Notes under the pieces: model-generated
The model's input: the letters and a program-made list of their open reading frames with translations, nothing else
What the model was told of the DNA's origin: nothing
The model's database searches: none
Part shown: positions 1 through 12,900 of the stretch, one piece after another
Numbering within the stretch: the stretch's first letter is position 1
Layout: each line of letters starts with the position of its first letter
Program-made: the position numbers and the translations under genes
NCBI GenBank assembly: GCA_964019335.1
Contig: OZ025659.1
Span: 744,001 to 808,000 of the forward strand
Source of the DNA: Diplonema japonicum
Lineage: Eukaryota > Protista > Euglenozoa: Diplonemea
Direction of reading: 5' to 3'
Length of the DNA: 64,000 nt

Positions 1-1304
1 AAGGGAGAAAGGACTCACAGGTTAAAGTGCGAGGGAACAGAATAGAGCTGGGTGGTATTGAGAGCCATGCGCTAGCGGTCGATGGTGTGCAGCAGGCTGT
101 GGCTGTGGTACAGGGCGACAGTAGTGAAGCGAGAATCGTACTCTATGTGACCCCAGAGGTGGAAAAGAAAGTAGTTATGGCCCACCTTGCTGCGTCCCTA
201 CCTCAGTACATGCTCCCGACTCTGGTACACGCAGTGGACTCCCTCCCCTTGAATCCAAGCACAGGCAAGGTTGACCGCTCTGCTCTCCCTGACGTGGAGG
301 ATGCCTACAAAGCTCCCGCTGGGACGTCCCTCCCTGACATCGTGCAGGGTCTTGTCTCAGATCTGCTCGACGCACCTGATTTTCCTTGGGACGCACCACT
401 GCACCCTACATTGGACTCCATCAGCATCATTATCTTATGTGAACGGCTGGAAAAGCAATTCCTAAAGCTCAATATCGGTGACTGGCACGGGATCAGCGAC
501 GGTGTGCCCGTGGTGTTAGCTGCGACATCTATCGATGACCTCTGCGGCAAGCTGTGCGGAGCTGTGCCGGAACTAGCTCAGTATAACAGGCGAGGGACGA
601 AGAAGAAGAAGGCAGGGACCAAAAAGCAAACACCACCCTTGATCGATGCCTGCAAGGCAGGCGATGTAGCGACAGTCACAGAGCTGCTTGCGGGCGGTGA
701 ATGCATAGAGAGTGCCGACAGGTTTGGGTCGACTGCCATACACTACGCAGCTGGGGCGGGGCATCTGGAGCTGTGCATGCTGCTGGTAGCGAAAGGCGCT
801 GATGACAGGGTGCCTGATAAAAAAAGTGGGCGGACCACGCTGCACTGGGCAGCTCGCCAGGGGAAGACCGATGTCTGCAGGTGGCTGGTCGAGGACAGAG
901 AACACGGTGTAGAGGTGAGAGCCAAGGACGACACCACACCTTTGCAACTCGCTGCATGGGGAGGGCACATCGAGACGTGTAAATGGCTAATGACGCAGTC
1001 AGCAAACGTCATGTTTATCAACAAGTGGGGGTGCACTGCTGTGCACTTTGCCTCACTCGCAGGAGAGCTCGACACCTGCAAGTGGCTGCACTCTTTAAGC
1101 CTCGACCTTTCACACGCCAATTACCAAGGTCACAACGCACTTCATAAAGCTGCGTACGGGGGGCACAGGGAGCTGTGTGAATGGCTGCACACCGGACCCC
1201 CTTCAATACCCATCACAGCTGACGTCAGGGACCAGCTCCCTTCAAGACTGGCTGCAAAAGCAGGACACGCAGAGCTTTCAGCCTGGTTATTGTCATTAGA
1301 ATAG
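1..1304 (+). CDS. NRPS-like protein, 5'-truncated by the window: adenylation domain C-terminus + carrier (T/PCP) domain + ankyrin repeats
   Basis: Frame open from the window start. A8-like motif GRKDSQVKVRGNRIELGGIE, A9/A10-like LPQYMLP...LPLNPSTGKVDR, carrier-like LDSI serine, then about 6 ankyrin repeats (TAIHYAA, TTLHWAA, TPLQLAA, TAVHFAS, NALHKAA). Confidence 0.85.
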   Translation, partial: GRKDSQVKVRGNRIELGGIESHALAVDGVQQAVAVVQGDSSEARIVLYVTPEVEKKVVMAHLAASLPQYMLPTLVHAVDSLPLNPSTGKVDRSALPDVEDAYKAPAGTSLPDIVQGLVSDLLDAPDFPWDAPLHPTLDSISIIILCERLEKQFLKLNIGDWHGISDGVPVVLAATSIDDLCGKLCGAVPELAQYNRRGTKKKKAGTKKQTPPLIDACKAGDVATVTELLAGGECIESADRFGSTAIHYAAGAGHLELCMLLVAKGADDRVPDKKSGRTTLHWAARQGKTDVCRWLVEDREHGVEVRAKDDTTPLQLAAWGGHIETCKWLMTQSANVMFINKWGCTAVHFASLAGELDTCKWLHSLSLDLSHANYQGHNALHKAAYGGHRELCEWLHTGPPSIPITADVRDQLPSRLAAKAGHAELSAWLLSLE

Positions 1305-1349
1305 TTTATTTAAAACTGATGCAGCTTGTTTACCACACTGCAGGGATGA

Positions 1350-2669
1350 ATGGCGACTAGTGATGCAGAATGCAAGTGGGTGAGTGGGATACCAGGGCAG
1401 CTGAATAGTGCCCTCGTCGATGGGTTCATGGTCAAGAAGAGCGGGTGCCAGCATAAGTTTCTGACGCACTTTCACGGCGACCACACAACAGGGTTGTACA
1501 AAAGCTTCAATGAAGGTATCATCTATTGCTCGGAAGTGACGAGGAACTTGGTGATTAGCGAGATTGGCGTCGAACCTAAGAGGGTGGTGGCCTTGCCTCT
1601 GGAGAGGGGGCGGGTCATCGAGACGTTGGGCTTGAAGGTAACTCTAATCGACGCGAACCACTGCCCGGGTGCCGTGGTGATACTGTTCGAGTCGATGCGC
1701 CCGCATGCAGCGTTCTTGGGTGTGCATACAGGGGATTTCAGAGCAGGATCACAACTGATTACCAAGATACAGTCTGCTGTTTCCGCCACTAGAGCTGCGA
1801 AGATAGACAAGCTCTGGCTTGACACGACGTACGCACTCCCTCCTGACAAGTGGCGGCTCCCCCCAATGGGTGACACACTGGATGCAGTGAAGAGGGTTTG
1901 CCTTCAGGAGCTGGAGCGTGACAAGAACACCGTATTCGTGATCGGGATGTATACAATAGGTAAGGAAAGGGTCCTCAATGCGGTGGTCGAGGCCACAGGC
2001 ATCAAGGCCACGCCTTGCAACTCGAAAAGGTACAACCTCCTCTCACTCTGCGGCTACGGCTCCATTTTGTCGCCGAAAGGTGTCATGACCAACGTCATTG
2101 CAGCGCCCCTGAACGACCTAAAGCCACAGGAGCTTGGCTCGATATACAAGGGGAGCAATATCGTCGGGTTCAGATGCACTGGGTGGGGACTCAGGAAGAT
2201 TGATATGCCACCTCCTACAACGACATCTGTTCAGCACCAGGCGGCTTGGAAGTTGCCCACTCCTGCATCTTACAGACATGGGAACGCCGTCGTGTACACG
2301 ATCCCCTATAGCGAGCACTCTAGCTTCGATGAGCTCTGCTCTTTTACGTCCACTGTAAAGCCTTCTCTCATTATCTCTACAGTGGGCGGAGAAGAAGCGC
2401 GCCTTGCAGCAGTTAGGGCAGTCACCCAGTCCCGTTATACACAACAAAATATCCAATCTCTTTTTGCGTCGAAGAAGCCTGTCCCTGTTTCCGCCTGCAC
2501 AACAGTCCAGCCTGCGGTGAGCCCTGGAGCGAGGAAGCAAACAGAAGTGAAAGGCTTCCACACTTTATTTAGCGCCCCAAAGAGACAGAAGTCGAACTTC
2601 GCGCAACCGGAAGTGATAGACATCGATAGCCTCGAGTCTGAACCCGAAGAGGTGGTAGATTTGACTTAA
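1350..2669 (+). CDS. SNM1: DNA cross-link repair nuclease SNM1/PSO2 (metallo-beta-lactamase/beta-CASP)
   Basis: FLTHFHGDH, DANHCPGA, HTGDFR, LDTTY, YTIGKER and PYSEHSS motifs. Confidence 0.9.
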   Translation: MATSDAECKWVSGIPGQLNSALVDGFMVKKSGCQHKFLTHFHGDHTTGLYKSFNEGIIYCSEVTRNLVISEIGVEPKRVVALPLERGRVIETLGLKVTLIDANHCPGAVVILFESMRPHAAFLGVHTGDFRAGSQLITKIQSAVSATRAAKIDKLWLDTTYALPPDKWRLPPMGDTLDAVKRVCLQELERDKNTVFVIGMYTIGKERVLNAVVEATGIKATPCNSKRYNLLSLCGYGSILSPKGVMTNVIAAPLNDLKPQELGSIYKGSNIVGFRCTGWGLRKIDMPPPTTTSVQHQAAWKLPTPASYRHGNAVVYTIPYSEHSSFDELCSFTSTVKPSLIISTVGGEEARLAAVRAVTQSRYTQQNIQSLFASKKPVPVSACTTVQPAVSPGARKQTEVKGFHTLFSAPKRQKSNFAQPEVIDIDSLESEPEEVVDLT

Positions 2670-2715
2670 AGTGTTTTCGTTTGTCTTACTGCATTACGAC
2701 GCTCATACAGGAGCC

Positions 2716-5700
2716 ATGCCAGCAGGCTGGAAATATGTCGTGTGCCATGAAGTCGTGTGTGACGAGAAGAAAGCAAAGGAAGACCTGCAAAAGCTCACCA
2801 GAGTTGTTGATACATATTTGCAAGTTTCAGGGAGGAATAGGAACAGACACAACAAAGTGCTGTGGAACATGTTTTATTCGCTTGAAGCAGAAGGCATGCA
2901 AGCTGCGATGCAGAAGGATCTGGGAGGCACGAAGGCGAAGTGCCCGGTGGAAGTCACAAAGCATCTAATCAAGTTCAAGGAAAGCGGCGGGAGAACACAG
3001 AACAATCTTTCCAGCCTTGTGTCAGAAGTGCTCTGGAAGTACAATGAGAGTCCAAGGGTGTGCTTTGTGATTCATCTTAGCACCGACGATGAAGGTGCTG
3101 TGGGAGTGCACATAAACGAGATGCTTGACATGGGGTCTGCACGGTTCCTCGTTATGTCGCCATACAGCAACTGGAACCTGACTAGCAGCGAGAGGGTGAA
3201 GTTCGAGCTAATCGAAGACAAGTACAAGAAGACGGCGTCTGCTGAGACATGGCGGTCGAATGACGAGGACGTCTGTAAGCTGCCTGCATACCTCCAGCGG
3301 CAGGAGGTGATTGACGCTGTTGATGCAAACGATGTGGTGATCATCACAGGACCGACGGGGTCGGGTAAGTCGACCATCTTGCCCATGGTCATCAGGCAGA
3401 ACAAGCTGTTCAAAAACACCGACGTGAAAATCCTGGTGGGACAACCCAGACGACTTGCTGCTGTGACGTTGTGCGAGCGAGTGCGGAAGCTAGAAGGCGA
3501 GCACCACGACGTTTACGCAGAGACATCCTACAGGATAGGCATGGACAACAAGACCACCTCCCTCACCACATTGGAGTACGCAACGTACGGCTCGATGGCC
3601 AACCTCCTTACAAAGTCGCCGAGGCTTGAAGGCTACACACACGTCTTCCTCGACGAGATCCACGAGAGGAGCCTTGATATGGACCTAGCGTTGGCGATGC
3701 TTCTACCGGCCGCTCGGAAAGGCGGTTTGAAGCTCATTATTATGAGTGCGACTTGCAGCACAGAGCCCCTCATGAAGTATCTAGAGCAAGTGGAGTTAGA
3801 CTGCGGCACTGGCTTCAAGGATCGGTACTTTCCCGTGGAGCTCACACAGGAACGGCAGCACAACATCGATTTCAAGTACCTCGGCGACGTGATGACCTTG
3901 TTGCATCCCAACAAAAGACGAGATTTGATAGAAGAGGACAGCAAAGACAAGCTTCTGGATGCGTACATGTCGGCTGCGAGAGAGTCGCAAAAAGGCTCGA
4001 AGGAACAACTTGCCTTTGAGCACGGGTATTTTAAGTGGAAACCAAAAGATAAATGGCAAGAATACTTAAAAAAGAAGCTACCCACTGCTGTGGAGATTGA
4101 GGAGGAGAGGAGCGGGTACCACAAAGAGATCAGAGAGGGATCAGAGGAGTATCTCAGTGGAATGATGGGCATACTCCGCGAGGAGGCTGAAGAGTACGCA
4201 CAGTTTGTGCTGAGGGGCACCAAGGGTCTTGAAAAGATGTGCGAAAGCCTTGGGGTCTTGGGGATCATGAGATCAGCACGCAAGCCAAGGGAGCTTGAGG
4301 AAGACATTAGACCAATTACCTTCTTTGAGTTGGCGGAGATACTGCCCAACAAGCTCACGTTCATGCTGCCAAATAGCGAGAGGGTAGAGCTTGCGTTTAA
4401 GCTACTCAGGCACTTGGTCAAGGTAGGAGACCTCAGAGGTGTTCTGCTGTTCTTGCCAGGGTTCCAGCAGATTAATCTGATCAAGAACAGGTTGATGAAG
4501 GACGCGTCTCTCCGTAAGAGAGCAATCGTGTTCATAATGCACTCGAACGTACCGCTGAGCGAGCAGAAGAAGGCCATGGAGAACACCGGGGAGATGGTTC
4601 AGGTTATCCTCGCAACGAACGCGGCAGAGTCGAGCATCACGCTGCCCAATGTAGATGCTGTGATCGATGTATGTCTGGGGAGGTACGAGAAGGACTTCAA
4701 TGTCATCCAAACGGAGAGGAGCAGCCAGGACGCTGCGAATCAACGTGCCGGTAGGACAGGTAGAACGAAAGACGGTGTCGTATACCGCCTTGTGACGAAG
4801 TTAGAGTGGACGAACATGTCCTCCTTCAGGAAGCCCGAGGTGTACGCCAAAGGATTGTTCGATCCCATGAGGAAGCTCCTGGCGTCCAACCACATGTCGC
4901 AGACAGCTGCGGACTACTCGCTCGACAAAATCCTGCGACGCATGATCCATCCATCTGGCACTGTCGATACAGAAGCCTGTGCAGAAAACCTAATCAACAG
5001 AGCGGCAGCAACACTCTTGCACCAAGAGGCTATCACGAGGCATGATGTTGAGACGGAAGAAACCGATGAGGAGGAGCTCGAAGAAGCAGAACATGAAGAG
5101 GAAGAGGAGGAGGAGGAGGAAGAAGGGGAAGACAGTCAGGGTCTGAAGGTGTGTTACCACTTGACGTTATTGGGTAAGTACCAAGCCTCTCTGCCCTTGT
5201 CGTGGCAGTGGGCGAAGTTCTTGTTCGTTGGCAGCAGGTTGGGTGTGCATGTGGAGTGTGCTTATGCAGCTGCGTTGTGTTCGCGTTCTGCTCTGTACTT
5301 CTTGCCTGACAGCAGTGCCTCTGTCCACTACTTCCTTCGGTTCGGGGGCGGGACGGCCAGTGACCCCATCATGGCCATCGAGACTATGAGGTACTTCATG
5401 TACCTAGATCAGCATGGGAGGATAGACCGTGACGGGGACACCATCGTCTTAACAGATGGTAAGGCAAGACACAAACTCAGCTACCGTGCGCTGAATGAGT
5501 CTCGTGAGACAGCTGGGGCCATCTTGGATGGCATGAAGCGCTACAGGATCGTGAAGCAAGTGAAGACACGCGCTTTCCACGGACACATGAGCGACGAGAC
5601 GAAGTTCCTCGTCATGCTTGCCTGGGCAGCCGCCTTCATCCCGAATATGTGCGTGTTCTCACCCAGCGAACAGCAGCGAGCAAGAAAGGTGAACAGTATA

Positions 5701-6780
5701 AAATGCTCTGCAGACGTGAAGCAGCGGTCGGTATGTAACTCAATCGCCATGCGCAACACCACAGGTGGCACTCACAATCGAGTGGGAAAGCGAAGCTGCG
5801 CGAGAAGAAGAGATAGAAAAGTTCAAGAACAGCATCGGCGGGTGGAAGAGCATCAGAAAGCTCGAGAACAGCGACTGGGAGCACGGTACACAACCTCAGA
5901 TTGCCACCGATAAGAATATCAGCTTCGTATGACACCTTTTTTTTAAGAATATTTCTTAACTCCTGCACAGCACCTCGTCACGTTCGAGAAAGCGAAGGAG
6001 AAGGTCTGGGGCGTGCACTATAAGGTGTGGCTGTCCGAGAAGTACTACACGATAAGCACACACATCATGGGGTGCAGTGTGTGGCGGGCGCATTCAGATG
6101 TGGACAACTGGGTACCTTTCGGGAAATGTAAAATCAAGGACAAGAGCGGGTACAAGGTGGACCACTTTGGTGTGGCGGACCCCGTGCTGTGCAGGGAGAC
6201 CATCATTGCAATCCCGTCAGAAATGAACGAGTTCAGGACAGAGCGCGAGGACGGTGCGTGGTGCATGCGCGACACAGTCTTCTTGCCGTTCCAGGGGGAC
6301 GGAAAGATACCTTTGTCCGTGGTTCTCGTGGCACTGATGACCAACAAGATGTGCAAGTCTGCCTACACCTACGAGCAGCAACCTTTCAGGATAGAGGATA
6401 TCACAGATGATCACAAGATCATCACAGTTGAGGACTTCCTGATTGACACGACGAAGGGCAACAACTGGATACGGTCAGAGGTCTTCAAGGACCTGAGAAA
6501 GGTCCTGCACTACACAGAAGAGAGTGTCAATAGCCACATAAGCCCTGCGAAGGTTGTGTCCTGGCTGGATAAGCTGCTTGACCTTACAGGGTACACCAGC
6601 GCGAGAGAGAGTCTCCTCAACTCCCCTAGCTGCGAAGAGCACAAGCAGTTCCTCACAAATCTCTATTCAAGAAAGAGTCTATATCAGCACAAGAATCATG
6701 ATTATGCCGATAACCTGGAAGAGCTCACACACCCTTATGACTGGTCGTTCGTCAAAAACCACCTCCCAGCGTGCCCGTAG
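2716..6780 (+). CDS. DEAH/RHA-family RNA helicase (Spindle-E/TDRD9-like features); introns 5731-5764 and 5927-5970
   Basis: GPTGSGKST, QPRRLAA, DEIH, SAT, TNAAESSIT and QRAGRTGR motifs. Two GTATG..CAG introns join the ORF in frame to the 6013-6780 ORF. Confidence 0.85.
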
Positions 6781-6979
6781 GGGTTGTGCCATCTCAGAGG
6801 CTTGGTGGACAGGAACTTGTAGCAAGAATTTTCAATTAAAAAAAGAAGAGATTCTAAGAACAAACTTGTCTGCTTTGTCTTTTTTCACGTTTTCTTTTTT
6901 CCTATTTTTTCGTGGTCGCTCTTCTTACAATTCATCAGGTGACATTAGATAAGATTAAGACCCAAGGGACCAAGCAGCC

Positions 6980-9900
6980 ATGAACAAGGGGGGCGGTGCT
7001 CAACTGGGGACATGTCCCAGAACTGGGCTGCATTACCAGAACCTACCGAAGATGAAGCAGTTCAATGATAACCAATCGTTGCTGATGAAAGTGGTCGAAA
7101 AGAAGTCGAGCAAAGGGAAGCAGCAGAAGAGAGTGCTGGGGCTGCGCTTTGACTACTTGATTTTGAGCGAGCTGACGAACCCCCCAAAGGTGAAGAGATT
7201 CGTTAACGTAGGCCAGGTAAAGGAGGTACATTTCTTCGACTCCCCGAATAAGATAAGGACCACTGTGTTGAAGTTCCGACCCACAATCGACAAGCAGACG
7301 AAGCAGGAGCAGAACGAGGTGGATCTACAGTTCTGCCAGTCCGCCGACCCCAGGAATCCCTCGGACGGCCAGACAGAGTTCGTGGACATCTTGAAGCGGA
7401 TCGCAGAGGTTCGTAAGATCATCATCTCATACCACACAGCGACGTCTCTTGAGGAGCTCAGCAGGGCCAGCGCACTGCAGAAAGATAGAAAAGGCGGGTA
7501 CCAGTCACCTAATTTGATTTTAAAGGAAAGGAGGAAATCCCTCCCCCCCGAGCAAGGCGGTCTTCCTGCATCTCCCATTTCCAAGGTCTTCTCGTCTATG
7601 AGGAGCAGGTCTCAGTCATCCAGTCCAACAGGCAGCCGTACTGGCTCCCTGTCCCCCGCTAGCCCGAAGACCACAAACGGATCGCTACCGCCTCAGTCGC
7701 CCACGTCGCGTACGGCCCGTGGAAAGTCAGCACCTCCCTCCTCCGGTATTGAAGCAGACCCCGACTTCGGCGCGACTGTCGGCTCCGTGAACGGCTCATT
7801 CTCCTCCGTCCCTGGTTCCACCCGCTCCCGTACCGTTTCTATCGGTGTCTGCAATGAGGCTGAGCTCCCCCCAGTCATTGCCCCCCCCAAGGCACTCGCA
7901 TCGTTCAACGAACCGACCTTACGATTCATCAGAGTGGTTGAAAAAAAGAGCGCCAAAGGACAATTCCAAAAGCGTGTCATTGCCCTCACCCACTCAAAGT
8001 TGATCCTTGCAGAACTAAACTGCTCTATTAAGCGCTACTTGTCCTTCGAGTACATCGAGCACATCTACTACCAACCGAGGAGCAAGGTCAACGGGAAGAG
8101 GATCTACCAGTACCTTGTGAAGATCCCCAGCGAGGGGGTCGACATCCTCTTCCAGTTGTCTCATGATGACAGGAACGAGCAGAACGAAGACCAAGACGAG
8201 TTCCAGCGTGTCATCCGTCAGATCTTCACTGCGAGGTCGCTCAACATCCCGTTCGAACTGCTCCCTGAGCAGCCAGATTTGGTGCGAGAAGCACGGCTCC
8301 AGAAGCCGGAAGGATGGGTGAAGCCTGCACGAAAGGCCGCAGAGTCTCCGAACAGCCCGGCCAAGCAGCGTACCAGTTCCTGGTTTGGCGGGATGAGCAG
8401 GCGGAATTCGAAGCCTCCCGAGTCTCCCAAGTCGGTTAACACGAGTCTTCCGAGAGCGCGTCAAAATGCAGAGCACCCCGACTCTATCCCCGCCCCCGTG
8501 CTGGGTCCCGTGCCAACGAAGCAGAACGGAAACACACTTACAGCTAACAAGATACCTGACCAAGAACCTCTTGTCTCCGAGATCTATCAAGGGCTACAGG
8601 ATGATGAACAGGTCTTGTTCCGCGCCTTAGCGAATGTCAACACCAACCAGCAATGGTCTGACGTAAGGCGTCTGTTCAAACAGACGCACCCAGGTTTTCA
8701 CAAAGGCGACCCCATTGAGGCCATGCAGGCAGAGCTCCGAGGGAGAGACTACAAGAAGTGCGTAGATATCTTAAGCGGCAAAGGGATCACAATTGATGGA
8801 CCTTTGCTGAAGCCCGAAGAACGAGCAGCGAGCGCATGTTCTGGAGAGCCCTTGACGAGACTCAATAGCGCATTGAAGAGGCAGAAAAGTGACAAGGAAG
8901 AGGAGGTGTCCCCTCCTGTTTCACCATTTGTGCTGAGACACTCTGCGAACAAAGAAAGTGTCGCATTCTTGATTCAAGAGATACCACCTATCACGGTGCC
9001 TGCTGCCTTGCAGAGCGCATTCAACGACCCAAACACCGACGTGCTGTTCATCCGTGTTGTGGAGAGGGTGAGCAATACTGGGCACCAAGCACCTCGTGTC
9101 TTGGTGGTGACCCCTCACCATGTTATCGTGGCTACATTTATGGGGAGCATCAAGAGGTACATACCTTTGGAAAGCGTCCAGTCCGCTGTCATCACACGCA
9201 GCGCTGTTCGGCAGTATTTGCTGTGCGTGCCAAGCGAGGACAGCGATCTGCACTTCATCACATCGAACGACGAGAGAAACAGCGACGACTCCCAGACTTC
9301 CCTCAGGGACCTGCTTGTGAAACTCTTCCAACTCCGCTCCCTTCCTTTCTCAGTGCTTGAGGTTGCCGTTGAGGAGCTGAAGGAACACAAACGCTTGCCT
9401 GCCAAGAGAAGAGCGTCCATCGCACCTGCTGCTATGGACGGCGTGTGCTCCACGACAGGTCTCCCCACTACACCTTGTCCCGCACACCTAATGGAGTACG
9501 ACCTTCCTAATCTCCTTTATATTCGTATCGTGGAGTGCCGTAATGGGGACGAGCACAAGAAAGCTGTGCTATGCATTAACCACTCTACCCTAAAGTTGGC
9601 TACTGAGGGTGACAGAGTCAGCATCCAGGTGAACTCTATCACAGCTGTCATCACTCAGGTTATCGACCACTCTGGGGTCCCTGTCACCTTGTACTTGATC
9701 AGATCGGAGGGCGCCAAGGACATCCTGATCGCCCAGACTTATGACGAAAGGAACGCCAGTCATAACCAAGACACGCTTGGCGAGCTCCTGAAAGATCTCC
9801 TTGCCTTTTACAACAAGGAATTCGATGAACGTCAGCTGCCCCCCAGCGAAGACATCACGAAGCACGTCGACAGGGTGGCAGGGTCTGCAAAGACCAAGGT

Positions 9901-12900
9901 CGAACCTGAACAATCTGCTCCAGTCGAACAACAGCGCAAGGGGAGTGTGCCCCCCGGGCTTGCGATCATCGCGTCACCGCCAGAATTCCGACAGTTCAAC
10001 GCCTCCAACCTGCTGTACGCTAGAATTGTTGAAAAGATATCAGCAAAGGGCTTGAAGCAGAAGCGTGTTCTGATGCTGACTACTAGCAAGCTGATTGTAG
10101 CTGATGAGAAAGCGGGTGTCATAAAGAGGGAGATTCCTGCTGAGCTCATCACAGACATGTCTCTGCAACTCACGACAGTAAAACACTTCTTCAGCGGGAA
10201 GGAGGAAACCGTGTACACCATCTTGCTGCGCGTACCTAGCGAGGGACTCGACCTGTTGTTCGTGCAGTCGCATGATGCCCGAAACGCAAGTGACGATCAG
10301 GAGGAGTTCCCGAAGATCCTCCGCAGCCTCCTTGCACACCTGGATAAGTCTCTTGTGGAGAGGCACGTAGGGCCTTCGGAGAACATGTCTGAAAGCGCTG
10401 TGCTAAAGAGGGCAGACGGTCATAAAACTCCTGATAAGCATAGGGCCAAGGCTGTTGAGCTAAAGGAAGCAGAATCTGCTGTCGATGACATGTTCGCGAA
10501 CAAGGCACCTGCAGCCCAGCCGGCACCTACCCCAGTTCCTGCCTCAACTCAAGAACCTACCCAGGTCTCTGAAGAGAACACCACCCCTACTACTCCTCCT
10601 CCTATTCCTACACCTGCACCTATTCCTGCCCCTGTTCCTGTTCCTGTTCCTGTTGCTCAACTTGCAACACCTGCTCCTGAGCCTGTTGCTGCCCCTACCA
10701 CTGACTCCCCATCTGCTCACGTACCTGCTACCCCTGCGCCTGTTGTTCCAGTGCAAGAACCTTCAAGAGTGTCTACACCAGTTCAAGAGTCTTCTGCGCC
10801 TGAAACACAGAAAGAAACAGTCCCCATTCACCAAACAGTTTCCATCGAGGCGCAAGAACTAGAGAGGCTGAGGGAAGAGATTCGGGTGCTAAGGTCGCCC
10901 GAAAGGGACATGGAGCACGAGCAGCTGAAGCGGCAGCTGCAGGACGAGGTGGTGAGGTCCGAAGAGCTTAAGACGCTTGTTGAATATTTGCACAAGGAAA
11001 ACAATAGCAACAACGCGTCTCCAAGCAAGCCTGTGCGGGAGATCGACCCACTTGAGATGGAGAGGTTGCAGAATGAGATCCGTACTCTAAAGAAAGACAA
11101 GTCGGATGCAGAAAATAAATTAAGGTTAGCAAGGAACGCAGCGCACCAAGCCGCACTGGCGGAGGCAGATGCACCAATTTCGCCCACTTCATTGCAGCAA
11201 GTACTCCCTTCCAGCATGAGACCCAAGAAAGCACCTGCGGTTGACACAATTGTTGACTACAGCAAGCTGACTGAGGAATTCATCCTCCAGCTAACGCAAG
11301 CTGGCGTCGAACCCCACGAGATGTCTGTGTTCAACGTGCTGTCCATCAGGCAGGGCACCGACCTGCTCGATGCGTCGATTGCTGAGCTTAAGGAGTACTT
11401 GCCTGGCCCGCTGGTAAGACGGGTCTTGCGCATCGCAGGGTACCAGCCTGGGAAGACTGATTTCCACCCTTGCATCTCCATCAATGATGTCCCAGTAAGC
11501 AGCAGAAAGGAGGAAAAGGCGAGGAAGATAGCGCAGGAGAGGCTCCGCATCGTTCAGAGCGAGAACCAATCCTTGAAGGAGACAATCCTTATCCTCAAGG
11601 AGCAGATCAAGGTTCTGAGGGGGCAGCGGGGCATTCCACCTCCTGCAGGTGTTGCAGACTATGAGATGCCCTCCCCCACCACCTTCTCGTCGACCTCCTT
11701 CTCCCCCTCCCCAAGCCGCCCTCGTGAGGAAGAGCACATCGTGCCTGTTCACCACACACCCGTCCCCTCACCAACACCTTCCAAGGCAAAGCGAGACGTT
11801 AGTCAGGACAGAACATCCATTCGTGCTGGAAGCGAAGGAAGCAAGAGGAGTGGAAAGTCTGGAAAGTCAGCAAGGTCTGCCGAGCGAGCCAGGCTGAAGG
11901 CAGAGGCAGCCGCCGCACAGGAGGAGCTGGACAGACGCCTGAAGGAGGAGGAGCTTAAAAAAGCAGCTGCACGACAGCAGGAAGCCATACGCATGGAACA
12001 AATGGCGATCAAGGCGAAGAAAGCACACGAAGAGCTTGAAAAGAAGCGACGAGAAGAGAAGGAAGCGGAAGCCGACAGACAGAAGGCACGTGAGCTAGAG
12101 CTGCAGCAACAAAAACAACGAGAAGTAGAACAGCAGAGGCTGCAAGAAGAGCACGAAGAGGACGCCAGAAAGCTTCACGAGGAGCAACACAGACTGCAAG
12201 AACAGCAAAGACATGCTGACATAGAGCGAGAGAAAAGTACCACGCCTGAAAGGCTCGCCGCAACACCCCTGCTGCCAACGCTCATGTCGTCAACATTTGT
12301 ATGTAGCCACACCACGAACCACAAGCCACAGGACGAGAGCGATGTTCCTGAACCCGAACCCAAGCCTCCTGCGGAGCCTGTGAAAGAGCTGCTTCAGGAG
12401 GTTGTGCAGGAAGCTGTGCGGGAGAATGCAGAAGAGCATGTACACACTCCTGGAGATGCTGTGCAGCAGGAGATGCCCAAGGCACCGGAGGAAGATATTC
12501 AAGCTGCCATGCAGCAGGAGATGCCTAAGGTACCGGAGCCAGCACCTGAGGAGACTGTGCAATCGGAGCTGGAAAAGCCTGAAGAGCCTGTTGTGGAAGA
12601 AGCAGTCCCAACCACAGCAGCCACAGAGCCAGTGCGGGAGCTCGAGCAACAAGAAGTGGTGTCGGAAGCTTTGCCTGAGCGAAAAGAGCTCGAAAAGGTA
12701 TCCGATCCTGAACCCGAACTCGAACCTGTGCCCGTGGAAGAGGAGACAACAATGGCGGCGGTGGTGCCTGAGGAGCCCCCTGTTGAAATGGAAGAACCTG
12801 CGGTGCCCAAGGAGGATGTACCAGAGGAGCCTGTTCATGTGGCGGAAGTGCAAAACAAAGCGAAGACAGAGGTGCCGCCTATCAAGGTATTGCTTGTGGA

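Noticed and set aside
3633-4586. Long minus-strand ORFs (also 16623-17750 and 34474-35490)
   Set aside because: Antisense shadows of well-supported + strand genes, with no motifs of their own.
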